A stretch of 63,861 nt of DNA, filler included, from Hyphochytrium catenoides (lineage: Eukaryota > Protista > Hyphochytriomycota), in NCBI GenBank assembly GCA_900088475.1. It is 14 parts of 14 records of this genome, joined end to end, with 100 filler letters (N's around TTAATTAATTAA, not from the genome) between each part and the next. Parts side by side here need not be neighbours in the genome. Positions count along the whole stretch, not along the records: positions 23,640 to 24,660 come from FLMG01001201.1; positions 24,761 to 26,643 come from FLMG01001685.1; positions 26,744 to 27,780 come from FLMG01004069.1; positions 27,881 to 29,454 come from FLMG01001767.1; positions 29,555 to 32,518 come from FLMG01001241.1; positions 32,619 to 39,465 come from FLMG01000948.1; 8 more parts are not named here. One strand, given 5' to 3'. The translations under genes and the position numbers were made by a program. The notes below the pieces were generated by a model that worked only from the letters and a program-made list of their open reading frames with translations, was not told the origin of the DNA and ran no database searches. Position 1 is the stretch's first letter; every line of letters starts with the position of its first letter. This document shows, one piece after another, positions 24,560 to 36,955 of the stretch.

Positions 24560-26819
24560 GAGAGAGAAAGTGACAAAGGCTGAATGAGGGAGAGAGAGAC
24601 GAGACGATGAAGAGAGAGCAGCTAAAGTCAAAGTACAAGGGATGAATCAAGAGAGAAGGANNNNNNNNNNNNNNNNNNNNNNNNNNNNNNNNNNNNNNNN
24701 NNNNTTAATTAATTAANNNNNNNNNNNNNNNNNNNNNNNNNNNNNNNNNNNNNNNNNNNNCATTTATGAAAGGAATTTCCAGTTCTTGGCCAGATCAGCT
24801 CGTAGCTTTGTGAAGCTTTTGAGTAAGAGGAAGCTCCTGGAGTCAGTAGTTCTGAGTAATCTCAGTTCATTCTGAGGCGCTCACTCGTTTACAGTGAGTA
24901 CTTAATTAGATGTTGTTGTCCCTGCCTGGCGTATTGATGAAGACATTATTTGGGAAGATTTGCCTCGCTATATCTGCCATAAACAAAATAAGCGGATGTT
25001 GTGGGCTTGGTGGAGGTGATGATCCTTCTCGAAGTCCGCGAATGGCGAGCCCCGATGTTTTGTGGTGGTGGGTGGACTACTTTCGATATTGCCTCCGACG
25101 CCGACGACCTCCTTTCTAAATATTGAATAATCCTGCCGTGTTGATGGCCACTTCCAGGAAGCACACTCAACCAGTTTGGCGATCAACCTGAGGAGATGAT
25201 TTAGAATGTACTCTACATACTGTCGCGTCCGCATCGTCTGGATCTGGCTGCTGGACCACGACGAGACATCCAGCTGAGTAATAACTGGTGGCGGGAGAGC
25301 TAATCACACTACATTTTCTCTTCTTCTGATCTGCCCAAAAACAACAACAAGAGGCTTCTTCTGGAGCTAATTCAACGGCAACCTGCTTTGAAGACCTGGT
25401 GGTACATAATACGAGCCTCTGCGTTACGCGGCAACAGAGCCGCACACCAAGTGGAGTGCTTGCGGTCGATACTATTGCGTGATGATTCACAGACACCCAC
25501 CGCAAGCAAGAAGCTCATAAAAATCTTCGTGGTGCTGCCGCTCTATAAGAAGACAATTTCTATCTTCTTGTCGTTGGAAGAGCTGGTAGGTCCTGTAACC
25601 TTCATCATCAGCATCAGATCCTTTGGAACAGATGGATCTTTGCCCCGCCTTCAACATAGAATTTTAAAGTTCCATTGGCCGCCCGCGATGCCGACAAAGA
25701 GGAACGATCAAAGACAAATACTGTAAATAAAACAACAAAAGATGAAAGATCATCTCATCCACAACATGAAGACGCCCTTCTATTTACAGGACTTTCTTAT
25801 GTCCTATTTTAGTAGTCGTACTTCCAAATAAGAAGAAAGAGGAAGATGAGGAGACCAACCAGAACTGCCAACAAAAAGCGGGTTGTAGTTCTATAGTGCA
25901 GACTGACCGTACGCCGCGTATCATCATAATGTAGAACTACGGCCGTAGGCAAACAAAGCGCAACAAACAAACAGAAAGCAGCACAGACCCGCCCTTATTA
26001 ACTACTTGTAGGAAATGCAGGGAGCATGGCCTATTATTAGAGGGAATTTATACGGTGAAAAGTCGGTCAAACTCTTCACTTTTGGGAATTGGAGGGGGTG
26101 TCCCAATAATTGTGATCACATTTAGAGAGGGGTCAAAACTATCATTTTCTACTGTATGGGGCATTTGTGAAAAGTTTGACCTTCATAATTGGATCATTCT
26201 AGAATACCATANNNNNNNNNNNNNNNNNNNNNNNNNNNNNNNNNNNNNNNNNNNNNNNNNNNNNNNNNNNNNNNNNAAGAATTTTCATAAATGCTGATCA
26301 CAAATGGGTTCCTCTGGTAAATTATACAGCAAACTTGACATTATTGTCTTGGGTTTGATGGCATACCCAGGTACCCATCCTGGTTACATATAGTTATACA
26401 GTAGCATCTCTGTCAAAATTGACATGACGCTTTGGATAACTCACATTTGGGCAGCATCACCGAGGAACAGAACTCCTTGCCTTTTCAGTTCCCTTCAGTT
26501 CCCAGCGCGCTTTCTTTTGTCATTCATGCTATCCTGCGCTGATGATGGCAGCTCTTTGAGAAGTCATCAGATCTTCATTCCGTCGGGGAAGCACCAACAA
26601 AGCATTACCAAGTGCTTCCTAGTGAAAGCGATTACAGGGGGCANNNNNNNNNNNNNNNNNNNNNNNNNNNNNNNNNNNNNNNNNNNNTTAATTAATTAAN
26701 NNNNNNNNNNNNNNNNNNNNNNNNNNNNNNNNNNNNNNNNNNNTCTCTCTCTATCTATCTCTCTATATCTCTCTCTCTCTCTCTCTCTCTCTCCCTCTTC
26801 TCTTGACAGCGTCACATTA

Positions 26820-27736
26820 TAACTGCGAGTTTTCAAGGAGCCATATCCATTGCTCTTGGAGAAGAACAGCTTTTTTGGGTAAGGAGAGAATACCGAAGGA
26901 AGGAAGAAAAAGAGTGCTCGCATCTTCTAATCTGACAAGAGAATGTATGTGAAGTGACAAGGGTCTGCATACAATATAAAGGGTGCACTTGAGACTCCAC
27001 TTCTCTTTTTACAGCTAGCATCTGCTTCTTCAACGCGACTTGCACGTCAAAACGACCAATATGCAACGGGAGGTGCGATAGAGCACTTTCTCTTTGCAAT
27101 ACCGTCAGAATAAGGATTTCCTTTCTTTTCCTCGCTTCTTCCTCTTCGAGGACCGACCTTCCCTTCTGCCTTGCTAATGTTTCCAGCTGAGAAAGGAAGT
27201 GTAACAGAGAGAGTGAGACTTCGAGAGTTGACTCTTGAGTCCGTTATCTTGAAAAGCTAGCAGCATGATGGCCTGTCGTGGAGGACTGCCGGTTGCCGGT
27301 AATGGGAGTTGGTCTTCTTGCTCTACCTATAGTCACTCAGTTCCCTTCCACAAGACCAAATAACTAGGGTTCAGTCTCCACCAGCACAGCTTCCATCTCG
27401 GAACCATCAAACCTGAGAGTGAAAGGTATTAGAAAAATAGATAGGGGAAAGTGGCAATCTAGCCGTCCATCAGGAGAGAGCCAGATGGGCAGATAGACGT
27501 AGGAGAGGGAGAGAGACGTGAAAAGTACGTGCAGCAGCCACCATCTAGGAAACCCGAAAGGCAATGAGTCTATAGGGAACAGGGAACGACTCTCTTCGTT
27601 TCTGTCCTCTCTTCCTCTGCGAGCAACCTTACCTCGCTATGTATTCTGAGAAACTCTGCGTGATCACGAACTCCTCACAGAATTGTCGCCAATGCTCTGG
27701 CACTGTCTGCAAGTACTCTTCCTGCTGAAAGACGAC
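26820..27736 (-). CDS. Multi-exon fragment with dDENN-like segment (possible DENN Rab GEF)
   Basis: Exon 27736-27633 reads VVFQQEEYLQTVPEHWRQFCEEFVITQSFSEYIAR, resembling the dDENN pattern F..E.FL..F..TQ.F..FI..R. Downstream exon boundaries are tentative. Confidence 0.45.
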
Positions 27737-28000
27737 CTGGTGATAGGATGGAGATGAGGGCTAGTGAGAAAGAGAGAAACNNNNNNNNNNNNNNNNNNNN
27801 NNNNNNNNNNNNNNNNNNNNNNNNTTAATTAATTAANNNNNNNNNNNNNNNNNNNNNNNNNNNNNNNNNNNNNNNNNNNNGAACTGTGAGCCTTTTAGAG
27901 CTCTTGTCAGCTTCTGCTCTCAACAGGGAAGCTGGGACGAGCAAGGATTTTGAGAGCAGACCGGACCGACCTCATGACTCCTTGACAATCAGAGAAACCT

Positions 28001-28130
28001 TAATTGGCGAGCCCGAAGGGCGAAGCTTTTTTGTTTAGGTTTTTGCGTCAGGGGGTGCAGAATTTTTTTCCGATTGTTCGTCCGCGTCTGTCTGTCTGTC
28101 TGTCTGTGTATCTCTCTGTCTGTCTGTTCA
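28001..28130 (+). mobile_element. Helentron/HINE (DINE-1-like) element end
   Basis: TAATTGGCGAGCCCGAAGGGCGAAGC (GCCC-GAA-GGGC hairpin), T-rich tract, then (GTCT)n at ~28086-28126. Confidence 0.6.
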
Positions 28131-28152
28131 CAGGTTGTAAATCGTACCCCCC

Positions 28153-28990
28153 CGACGCCAGCAGAAGCTCATCTCAGAAATGAAGTTCAAGAGTCCTTAT
28201 TATATCACGTTTCGCTGGTTTTCTCTTTGGCAAGTAGCTGTGTGGTACGTAAAATATAGTGAACGCCTCAAAACATTCTTCATTGCAAAGGGCCCTTTCA
28301 GCTTCTGAGACGCTCATCCTGGAGGAGGAACTGATCCTGCTACCACTGCCGGTAGGACGCGAATGAAGTTTGGGCAATTCGCCTTACTGCAAGATCAAGC
28401 CGAGCGACATATTAAGGGCAACAGCATGCTGACAAAGGCGGTGTCAGGTCTTTTGGAGCGCGATGATATGATCGAGGTTACCAAGGACGTATCTCGCGTT
28501 AATCTTCAAGCCATGCACTCGGTGGCGTCAATTGTCTCCGAACGCGATGATGCAAGAATACAGAGAAGACAGATGCTGCGCCTCCCATCCTGCCGCTGAC
28601 TATTACTGCACTTCAATTGAATTCACGGAGTTACTGAGCGAGCACGAGGAGAGGCTGAGGCACAACTTCCCGGGGAGCGTGGTTGATCAAGGAACTAATC
28701 GCGAGTTTGAGAAGTTGGTGCGACTGATATCACGTGACTTACAACTGCAATCAGCTCTGACGACAAATCCTCTGAAAGCAACCAAGGTGACTTCAGATTG
28801 TCGTGACGGCCTCTTGATACTCGCTTCCCTAATCTGCTGCGGTTCGCTGCACGGCTGGCCACTGAGATGCCCGGAACAGCAACGGTAGAGGCTGATTTCT
28901 CCGTTTTAACTATGAGAAAGATGAATACCGCTCTGCTCTCACCAAATTCTCTCTCGAGGGGATCTTGCACTAACTCAAGGCAACTTGAAA
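28153..28990 (+). pseudogene. Degenerate hAT-like transposase, C-terminal part
   Basis: Across frameshifts and stops: RRQQKLISEMKFKSPYYITFRWFSL (hAT RW.S motif) ... SIVSERDD ... RFPNLLRFAARLATEMPGTATVEADFSVL / NYEKDEYRSALTKFSLEGILH*, which resembles the hAT dimerisation region. Confidence 0.75.
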
Positions 28991-29734
28991 TATTGCTTCT
29001 TTTTGCTAAAAGAAAAAGTAATTGATTCATCATTGTCATCATTCATCCCCATTTTGCTATTGGTAATTGTTAATAGAGAAAATATGAAGTCAGAAGAACG
29101 ACTATAATATGGTAATAGCAAAAAGAACTTGCTTAAGCCATAAAGAAGCTGCCCATTCCTTTAGTCAGGACACAAGGGCGCGATTGTTCTCTGCTCCTCT
29201 TCACGACCAAACTCAAAGACTTTAGATGCCAAGCACTGTCTCCTGCAAGAGAAGGTGTAGTAGCCAATGGAAAAATTAATGTGGTCTATACTCCCTCTGC
29301 AGCTATGGTAGCCGATGATTGCCTCCTCACCAAGCCTTTACCCGGTCCTCTCTTTCAAGTTCTGCGTCCTTCACCCTGGAGTCCTCCCTCCTTGTACCAG
29401 TACGCTTGCTGTTGAGTGCTACTATGTTCGTTGTCAGTAGTACAGTAGTCACTCNNNNNNNNNNNNNNNNNNNNNNNNNNNNNNNNNNNNNNNNNNNNTT
29501 AATTAATTAANNNNNNNNNNNNNNNNNNNNNNNNNNNNNNNNNNNNNNNNNNNNAGGAAGCTGAAGGCAGCCCTAAAACAACAGATTTGCGGAGTATTGC
29601 TGGCCTTCAGAAATCTTCTGTACTAGTGCACCCCAAATTGACAGACTCAGATGAAATTCACAGCCTATCTGCCAAATTCCAGCTCTTCATCCATAATAAC
29701 AATCCTAAAAAAAACATAAGCTGAACCACCCCTT

Positions 29735-30175
29735 CCTCTCTGTCCTTCAGCCTTCAGTTTCCTTCAGCCTTCAGGTTTTGCTCCCTGTCCTTCAGCCTTC
29801 AGTTTCCTTCTTCAGCCTTCAGGTTTTCCTCTCTGTACTTCAGCCTTCAGTTTCCTTCAGCCTTCAGGTTTTGCTCTCTGTACTTCAGCCTTCAGTTTCC
29901 TTCAGCCTTCAGGTTTTCCTCTCTGTCCTTCAGCCTTCAGTTTCCTTCAGCCTTCAGGTTTTCCTCTCTGTNTCCTTCAGCCTTCAGGTTTTGCACTCTG
30001 TCCTTCAGCCTTCAGGTTTTGCTCTCAGTCGTTCAGCCTTCAATTTCCTTCGGCTTTCAGGTCTTCCTCCCTGTTCTTCAGCCTTCACTATCTCTATATC
30101 TTTCAGCATTCCCTTTCCTCCCTGTTCTTCAGCCTTCAGCGTTTACTTTCCTCGCTGTCTCGTTCAGCCTTCACT
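29735..30175 (+). repeat. CCTTCAG-based minisatellite with 45-bp higher-order unit (left arm)
   Basis: Unit CCTTCAG CCTTCAG TTT CCTTCAG CCTTCAG GTTTTGCTCTCTGT repeated, decaying toward the right. Confidence 0.9.
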
Positions 30176-31409
30176 TTGCTTACTTAAGAAATCTGCCTAG
30201 CTTCTCCGTGAATTCTCTTACCGTGGGCCACAGTCTGGACAACCATTATTGATACATGTCAAAGATTGTAGAACACTGATGAGGTTATTAACATTCAGAA
30301 GACACTGTGCTTAGCTCATACACTACAGACTCTCTAACTACCTTTCTGACAATACTCTATCTGTCTCCATTGTCTCCATCCTCACAACCTCCGCGAGGCT
30401 GCTTATTGCCGGCTTGGCCATAGACAATTCTGTTCTTTATCCCAAGCATCATACAAAAGGATTGACAGCGTCTTCCATTGAAGGCGACAGAATCGCACCA
30501 CATATCCTTAACCGAGCATCAGAATTTAGATCCCGGGAATCGCGACCGACGTTCCGTAATAATCATAAGTTATGTCAAAGGACAAGACCATGAAAGTCTT
30601 AGGAAGGAAAGCGGTTGACTCTCTATCATACAAGAATGTTGCGGTCGGGGGTGATGATTAACATGATTGCCACTGGAGCCCCTGTCGGCATTGTGAACGT
30701 CACAGGGAGGGACGGACTGCTACCTCATCAGAGTTCTACAGTCTTTGTCCTGTGTCAATCTGTTGAACCTAAAAATCACATGCGTCTCTGAGGAGTTGAC
30801 CAAGTCTGGCTTCCTTCCTCCCTTCCTGCATCAGAATGGTGCTTTGCGCATGAACATCGTCGTCATCTTTCATCTAAGCCATGATCCTTATGAAGTCATG
30901 TCTCCTGCCGTTTTATATCTTGACACGGCCCCTCGCTGAGAGAGGCAGGTGGTAATGGATATAGGCTTTAGTGTCAGGCTAAGGGAGTGCAGAGTAAAGA
31001 TGGAGAAGGAGATTGAACTACAACGGAAGACGAGGTCCACAAGCACAATTAGGCTCCAGAGCTGCGAGAAGTGTCTGGCCCCTAATGGCCACAAGGGACG
31101 ACGAAGCAAAAACGAAAGGTGTGGTGAAGGCTAAATTAAGGACGAAAGAAAGATCAGTGACGCAGGGAAGAAATAGGGAAACTTAAGGCCAGAGAAAGTC
31201 AAAGACTGAGGAACGGAATCCTGGTGCGAAGTGAAGAATGAAGACTGAGGAATGGGAGAACGAGGCGGAATGACGGCAGTCAGTAAGCCTGCTGCCAAAG
31301 CAGGAACATGAACGTTTCAAAATTAAGCGAAACAAGTGACGAGTCAACAAGTGACGACTCAAATACAGGTGATGAAAATAGGTAAGTTCGAATAAAGGCA
31401 GAACAAGGC

Positions 31410-32190
31410 GAAGGCTGAAGGAAACAGGAAACTGGCCGATGAAGGACAGAAGGAAAATTCAAGGATGGAGGGAGCCAGAGACGAAATTGAAGGCTGAGGG
31501 ACAGAGAGGAAATTGAAGGCTGAGGGACAGAGAAGAAAACCTGTAGGCTGAAGGACAGAAGAGAGCAAAACCTGAAGGCTGAAGGACAGAGAGGAAATGT
31601 GAAGGCTGAAGGAAACTGAAGGCTGAAGGACAGAAGCCCAAACCTAAAGGCTGAAGGAAAGTGAAGGCTGAGAAACAGAGAGCAAAACCTGATGGCTGAA
31701 GGACAAAGAGGAAAGACCTGAAGGCTGAAGGAAATGGAAGGCAGAAAGACAGAGAGCAAAACCTGAAGGCTGAAGGAAACTGAAGGCTGAAGGACAGGGA
31801 GCAAAACCTGAAGGCTGAAGGAAACTGAAGGCTGAAGGACAGAGAGCAAAACCTGAAGGCTGAAGGAAACTGAAGGCTGAAGGACAGAGTGCAAAAACCT
31901 GAAGGCTGAAGGAAACTGAAGGCTGAAGGACAGGGAGCAAAACCTGAAGGCTGAAGGAAACTGAAGGCTGAAGGACAGGGAGCAAAACCTGAAGGCTGAA
32001 GGACAGGGAGCAAAACCTGAAGGCTAAAGGAAACTGAAGGCTGAGGACAGTAATGAAGAAGGGCGAATGAAGGTGAAGGCTGAAGACCGCTGAACAGTGG
32101 ATGCTGGCAGACAGAGAAATCTGGAGGCTGATGAAGGTCTGAGCAGCAGACTGAAGGGCCACAACGTCGACATTGAGGACTGAAGGACAC
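31410..32190 (-). repeat. Same minisatellite in inverted orientation (right arm, CTGAAGG)
   Basis: ACAGAGAGCAAAAC CTGAAGG CTGAAGG AAA CTGAAGG CTGAAGG is the reverse complement of the left-arm unit. Confidence 0.9.
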
Positions 32191-32620
32191 AAGAAGTAAG
32201 CACGAAATGTCAGTGTCATTTGGAAGGTGAATTTAGAACTGTGGGAAAGGCCGCCGCTGCTGTAGTTCTAAACATGAAGGCAGCCGAAGGCAGGCAAAGG
32301 AAGCTGAAGGAAGTTGAAGGAAAGTGAAGGACAGGTGAATGGGTTGTAAATTATTAGAGGAAGAGGATCAAGAGCTATAGGTAATATGTGCTCTGAGAAA
32401 CGAGAGATGAGGTGAAGTTTGCGGACATATTTGACAACAAGCAGCCGAATTCGGACGATCCTCGATTTTCAAAGGAAACTGAAGGAAGCTGAAGGCAGGC
32501 CGAAGGAAGCTGAAGGCANNNNNNNNNNNNNNNNNNNNNNNNNNNNNNNNNNNNNNNNNNNNTTAATTAATTAANNNNNNNNNNNNNNNNNNNNNNNNNN
32601 NNNNNNNNNNNNNNNNNNCA

Positions 32621-33247
32621 TTCTGCGAGAGGGGTAGTTGTGCCAATGAAGCTTTTACCCAGGCCGCATATCTTACATCAGGGTACTTGGCGACATCAAC
32701 TCCTGCCTACTCGACAGAGCTCACATACCAAGGGGAGATCTTGGCCGACTTCAAGAAAGTCTTTGGGTTTGTTGAAGGAACCAACGATCAAGTTTCGACA
32801 CTCACCTATCATTCTCGAATCCCGGATGACATAGAACAACACGGCGACTTTAGGCCTAAAAACGTGGATGATGCAGAGAAAGCGCTCCTTGAGCTGATGG
32901 AGGATGGCCAAATCGGACTCTACTTCCTGAAAAGACGCGTCCAACAAGTGGACGGTGAATGGGCTAACCAGCACGGACACGTTACGCTGGTAGTACGCTT
33001 GGGGAACTATATCGTTCATATTAACAACCAAGATTGGGACCCGCTCTATACGAGCCTTCCTCAAGCGGTCAAAGTCTATATGAATGCAGTCACTAAAAAG
33101 TCAAAAGGAGATCAAGGATATCTGCATGCAAAAATGAAGCCGGGGGCATGGGTAAGACACCAGGTATACGTCTTAAATGCCAAGATAGCGCCAACGCATT
33201 ATCAGACTCTGCTAGAACTCGCTGGGCATTCTCCACCATCTGCGTGA
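32621..33247 (+). CDS. Papain-fold toxin-like domain (Tox-PL / glutamine deamidase type), 5'-partial
   Basis: The frame is open from the scaffold edge: FCERGSCANEAFTQAAYLTSGYLATSTP ... EKALLELMEDGQIGLYFLKR ... HGHVTLVVRLGNYIVHINNQ. Cys-helix, GH-beta-hairpin and [D/N]xQ occur in Tox-PL order and spacing. Confidence 0.6.
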   Translation, partial: FCERGSCANEAFTQAAYLTSGYLATSTPAYSTELTYQGEILADFKKVFGFVEGTNDQVSTLTYHSRIPDDIEQHGDFRPKNVDDAEKALLELMEDGQIGLYFLKRRVQQVDGEWANQHGHVTLVVRLGNYIVHINNQDWDPLYTSLPQAVKVYMNAVTKKSKGDQGYLHAKMKPGAWVRHQVYVLNAKIAPTHYQTLLELAGHSPPSA

Positions 33248-36200
33248 TAGCTTTCAGTTGCGTAAGGAGCAAGAGACGTCATAGGCAAAGATATTCAATG
33301 GCGTATCCTTGCCGTCTTATCGGAGCCACTCCGGCAACCAGGAGTTAACATACTTCGTATCAAACTGGCCATGGCAGCTTCTTATTATCACTCTCCTCAA
33401 AAACTAAATCATACTGATGCTTCTTAAGCCTCCCGTGGCTGCCTAGCTCAATGCAAGAAGAAACACACAGCGAAGTTCCTTGTTGCGCGTCAGCACTTCT
33501 TTGGTGCCCTGCATAACATCGCCTTTCTTCTTTTTCCAGTGTGTTCTGCATTTTCAAGAATATCTCGCCTTTATTGGTTGTCTCTTCAAATCTTGCAGGT
33601 GACTTCCTCCCACCTTGCTTTTAGCCCTTACCCATTTCATAATCTAATCACTCCTCTTCGCTTCATCGTTCTTGATTGTCAATGCTGTTTTCTAGCTTCT
33701 TCCACCTCTTACCTTCCAACTTTAGACCCCAAGTCTCTGCGGTTCTCGACGCTAATGAAAGTGAAGGACTGTTGCTCACTGTTTTCACCCTTAGCGGTCG
33801 GGAGTCAATCAGAGCTTAAACTGTTCTATTCTCTCTGCCCTGTCTTATTATACTTCTCCTCCTGGTCGGTAGCCCCAGCTCGTCCGTTCTTAGCCGCTAC
33901 GTATCCTATTTCAGAGTTCACGAATCTTCCATCTCCTTGCTTTTATCCTAATCCCTCTATAAGAAGAGAAGGATAGTGAGACTTTTAGCATCAATTCTGC
34001 TCCCTTGAGGCCGTAGGGGCTGCTGCCTCCTAACGCAAGATCCATATAGCTGCCCATCGCCAACGTGCTCACATGATGCTTCCAACCTGTGTCGTTCTCT
34101 TCCAGGAAAGAGCCAACAAGTACCATCGGCAAAGAAGAAAGATCAGTTAATCTGCTCTAACCCCTGCCAACAAGTCTTATTACCCTTCGACACTAGCAGC
34201 TGACTTCGTAAGAGTTGTATCGTTTCTCTCCCTCTTTGCCATGACTATACTAGACTTCATTAAGTGGTTATTGATCATCCGTGTTATCCCTGCGATGGTT
34301 TAGCTGGGGGTGCTATGTGGTTGCGATTAAGAAAGGGAGGCTTTTGTGCTCTTTTCAACGTACATGGCAAGGTACACGGCAAGAAGGTTGAGACGATTGG
34401 CCGGACATAAGGGCCATTGCAGGGTCACTGTTTGTCAACGAAGCTTAAGGGCTGGAAGTTGATTGATGTCACTAGGACGACAGCTCAACTCGGGTTAGCG
34501 GCGTGGAGCAGTGAGGGAGCCGCATATTGCTCCGGATATGGGGAAACTCCTGGCAGGCGGATCGCCTGGTACGGTCGGCGGCCTACTATCATGGATCGGG
34601 CACAAATCTAGATTGGCGACGCCAAAACTCTGGCGATACACCTCAAGCGGATATGAAGAGTCAGGACGACAACAGACACCTCTTACAGGGGGATGAATGG
34701 CTCCGATTGGCTTGAAACGCCTCTCCAGTCGCGTCTTTTCCATTTCATCCTAACAAGATCCATGTATCGAGGCACCCATTATCTTTAATAAAACTCTGAT
34801 CGCCACCTGGCGGTCAAATCCTAACTCTGCAGCATGGTAGAATCAAATCAAGTACCGACCTTCGTCTCGATTGGACATTTAACATAGTATCCGAGTTATA
34901 TCACAGCAACAATGACGGAGATTGAAGATAGCTATATTATAAACAGGTGCAGCAATGAACGGAAGCGCTGCGAGTAACCCTATCAATTATGATGTAAGAG
35001 GTTGGGAGGTCCTTTCACTCTTCAGACAAAGGTAGGAGAGTTGAGAAGGAATAGTAGTGGATAGATGCAGAGCATAAATGAGAGAGCGGAATGATAGACT
35101 CGGAGGAATGACTGATAAGAGCGGCATTTTGTATATTGAAAGAAACAGCTACAACTCATCTCCTTTATTAATAGTTCTCGATGCGAGCGAAGACCCTCGA
35201 TCTGATCGTCTCCTGTCTTCTGTCAGTCCTCCGTCACTGCGTGTCTCCAGCATTGTTGGCTTTCTCTCTCCGATGAGCTGAGGACACCTACATGTAGTAC
35301 CTTCGTCACCCGAGAGAAGGCAAGGAATAGTCATCAGGTCATCTGAATCAAAAGCTCCTCACGGTCTTCAGAGCATGCGCCGTCATTCACACACAAATAA
35401 ATTGGTCCAACCTGTGCAGTAGTGAAGTCCTCCAGTTTCCAGAGCTGGTCAGAGATTTTCTACCAAACGCTGCCATTTACATTCTAGAAGAAGAGGAAAA
35501 TCTACTAGTAGGTTGAGCTTCTCATCAGCTGTTTTCATAAGCTAGTCGAGGGCCACAGTCATCAATCTTAAGAACGACTTGTTCATCGTTTTCTCATTCG
35601 GTACAGGACTGAGTGGCATAATACAAAGAGACTAAGGCGAGGACTAAGATCCAAGGCAGAGACGTACGGACACGCCTATCTTCCTCTATGTAGCTAGCTC
35701 TTCGTAGGCGGGCGCTGCAAGTCAATGGTAGTTCTACTTCTCCATCCGCTTCTTCTAAGAAGCATTCTAGATACTCCGTAGTTGATTGTTGATGTAAAGC
35801 TCGGGTGGTCTCAATGGAGGACGCCATCCGCCTAAGCTGCTGACTTTGCTGTTGATTGACATGTTTTTCTCACTTTCTCAAGGTCCTTTCCGCTCCCCAA
35901 AGGCCAGTTCGAGTAGTTCCTGTTGATGATTGGCAAGAAGGGGCAGAGAAGTGGAGCAGAGGTAAGGGCAGATGGAAGTGTGCATTCTGTCTCTTTCTAT
36001 ACTTATCGGGGTTATCGGCCTAGCTGTGCTACAAAATGCAACGGTCTTCTTCTCTGGGGAAATAACTTAGACCCGGCATAAGCCAGAGTCTGGGGGAGAA
36101 AATGAAGGCCTTCTGTGCTCTTTCTTCATCAGAAGCTTCTGGGCTTCTTTGCTGGACCGTATATCTGCTTCCTCATCACGAGTAGCAACAGAAGAAGTAG

Positions 36201-36955
36201 GATCCTACGTTCCGCTACCGGAGACACGACTTTACTACGTGCATATTATATACTATTTCTTGGGCTACTGCAAAGCGAAGTCCTTGACCTCAGTTCCCAC
36301 CTCCTCAGACTCCTCATGGATGGCCTAAGACGCGGGACACATATTTATTAAGGAGAACACGGAAGGACTTTGGAGTCTGTCTATAAGAGTTAAAGAACCA
36401 TCTATGTAGAATACAAAGAAGACCTAGCTGAGTCTATCGGCAGGAGAGCTAGACATTGGCGACGAACCAGCAGCTTTTTTAGCGCTTTTCCTAGTCCAGC
36501 GAGCGAAGAAGAAGACAGTTCGCCGGTGCAAGGTACGACAAAAGTGATAGATTGCGGTGTCCGCGGTCGGCGGACAACCTGGGGAGTAGCTATCGGCAAA
36601 GTACCTGGACCTGCCACTACCTAGCAATGAGAAACAAGAGAGAGTGCACAGATTGTTGCATTCGCATGGAAAGGTCTGATGCTTGGCAGAGTCCATACCA
36701 GCGAGCTTGAGAGCTGGCAGGCTGTCTATCCAAAATCTCGTTCATTATATCTCTTCTGTCTTCTTCTCTCTATCGGACTCCAACAGTACCTAGTCTAGTT
36801 CTGGTGTGGGTTGCTGCTGGATAGAGCTCCAGCAATGATTGCAGGAGTGGGTCCATTCTGATCGCACTTCTTCGTCGCCCGTCCGATCAATCCTTGCCAC
36901 TAGTAGCACTGCAAATGAACTCTTGACACTAGAGACTGGAGCTTCTGTTGGGAAA

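Noticed and set aside
21680-26643. Retroelement or viral ORFs in the small complex scaffolds
   Set aside because: No RT, integrase, RNase H or capsid motif could be identified. TACAGTAG motifs near 26150 and 26400 are too short to call Tc1/pogo ends.
29735-32190. CRISPR array or repeat-protein ORFs (VLQPSVSFSLQ..)
   Set aside because: No unique spacers and no cas genes. The ORFs are open in several frames only because the 45-bp unit lacks stops on that strand.
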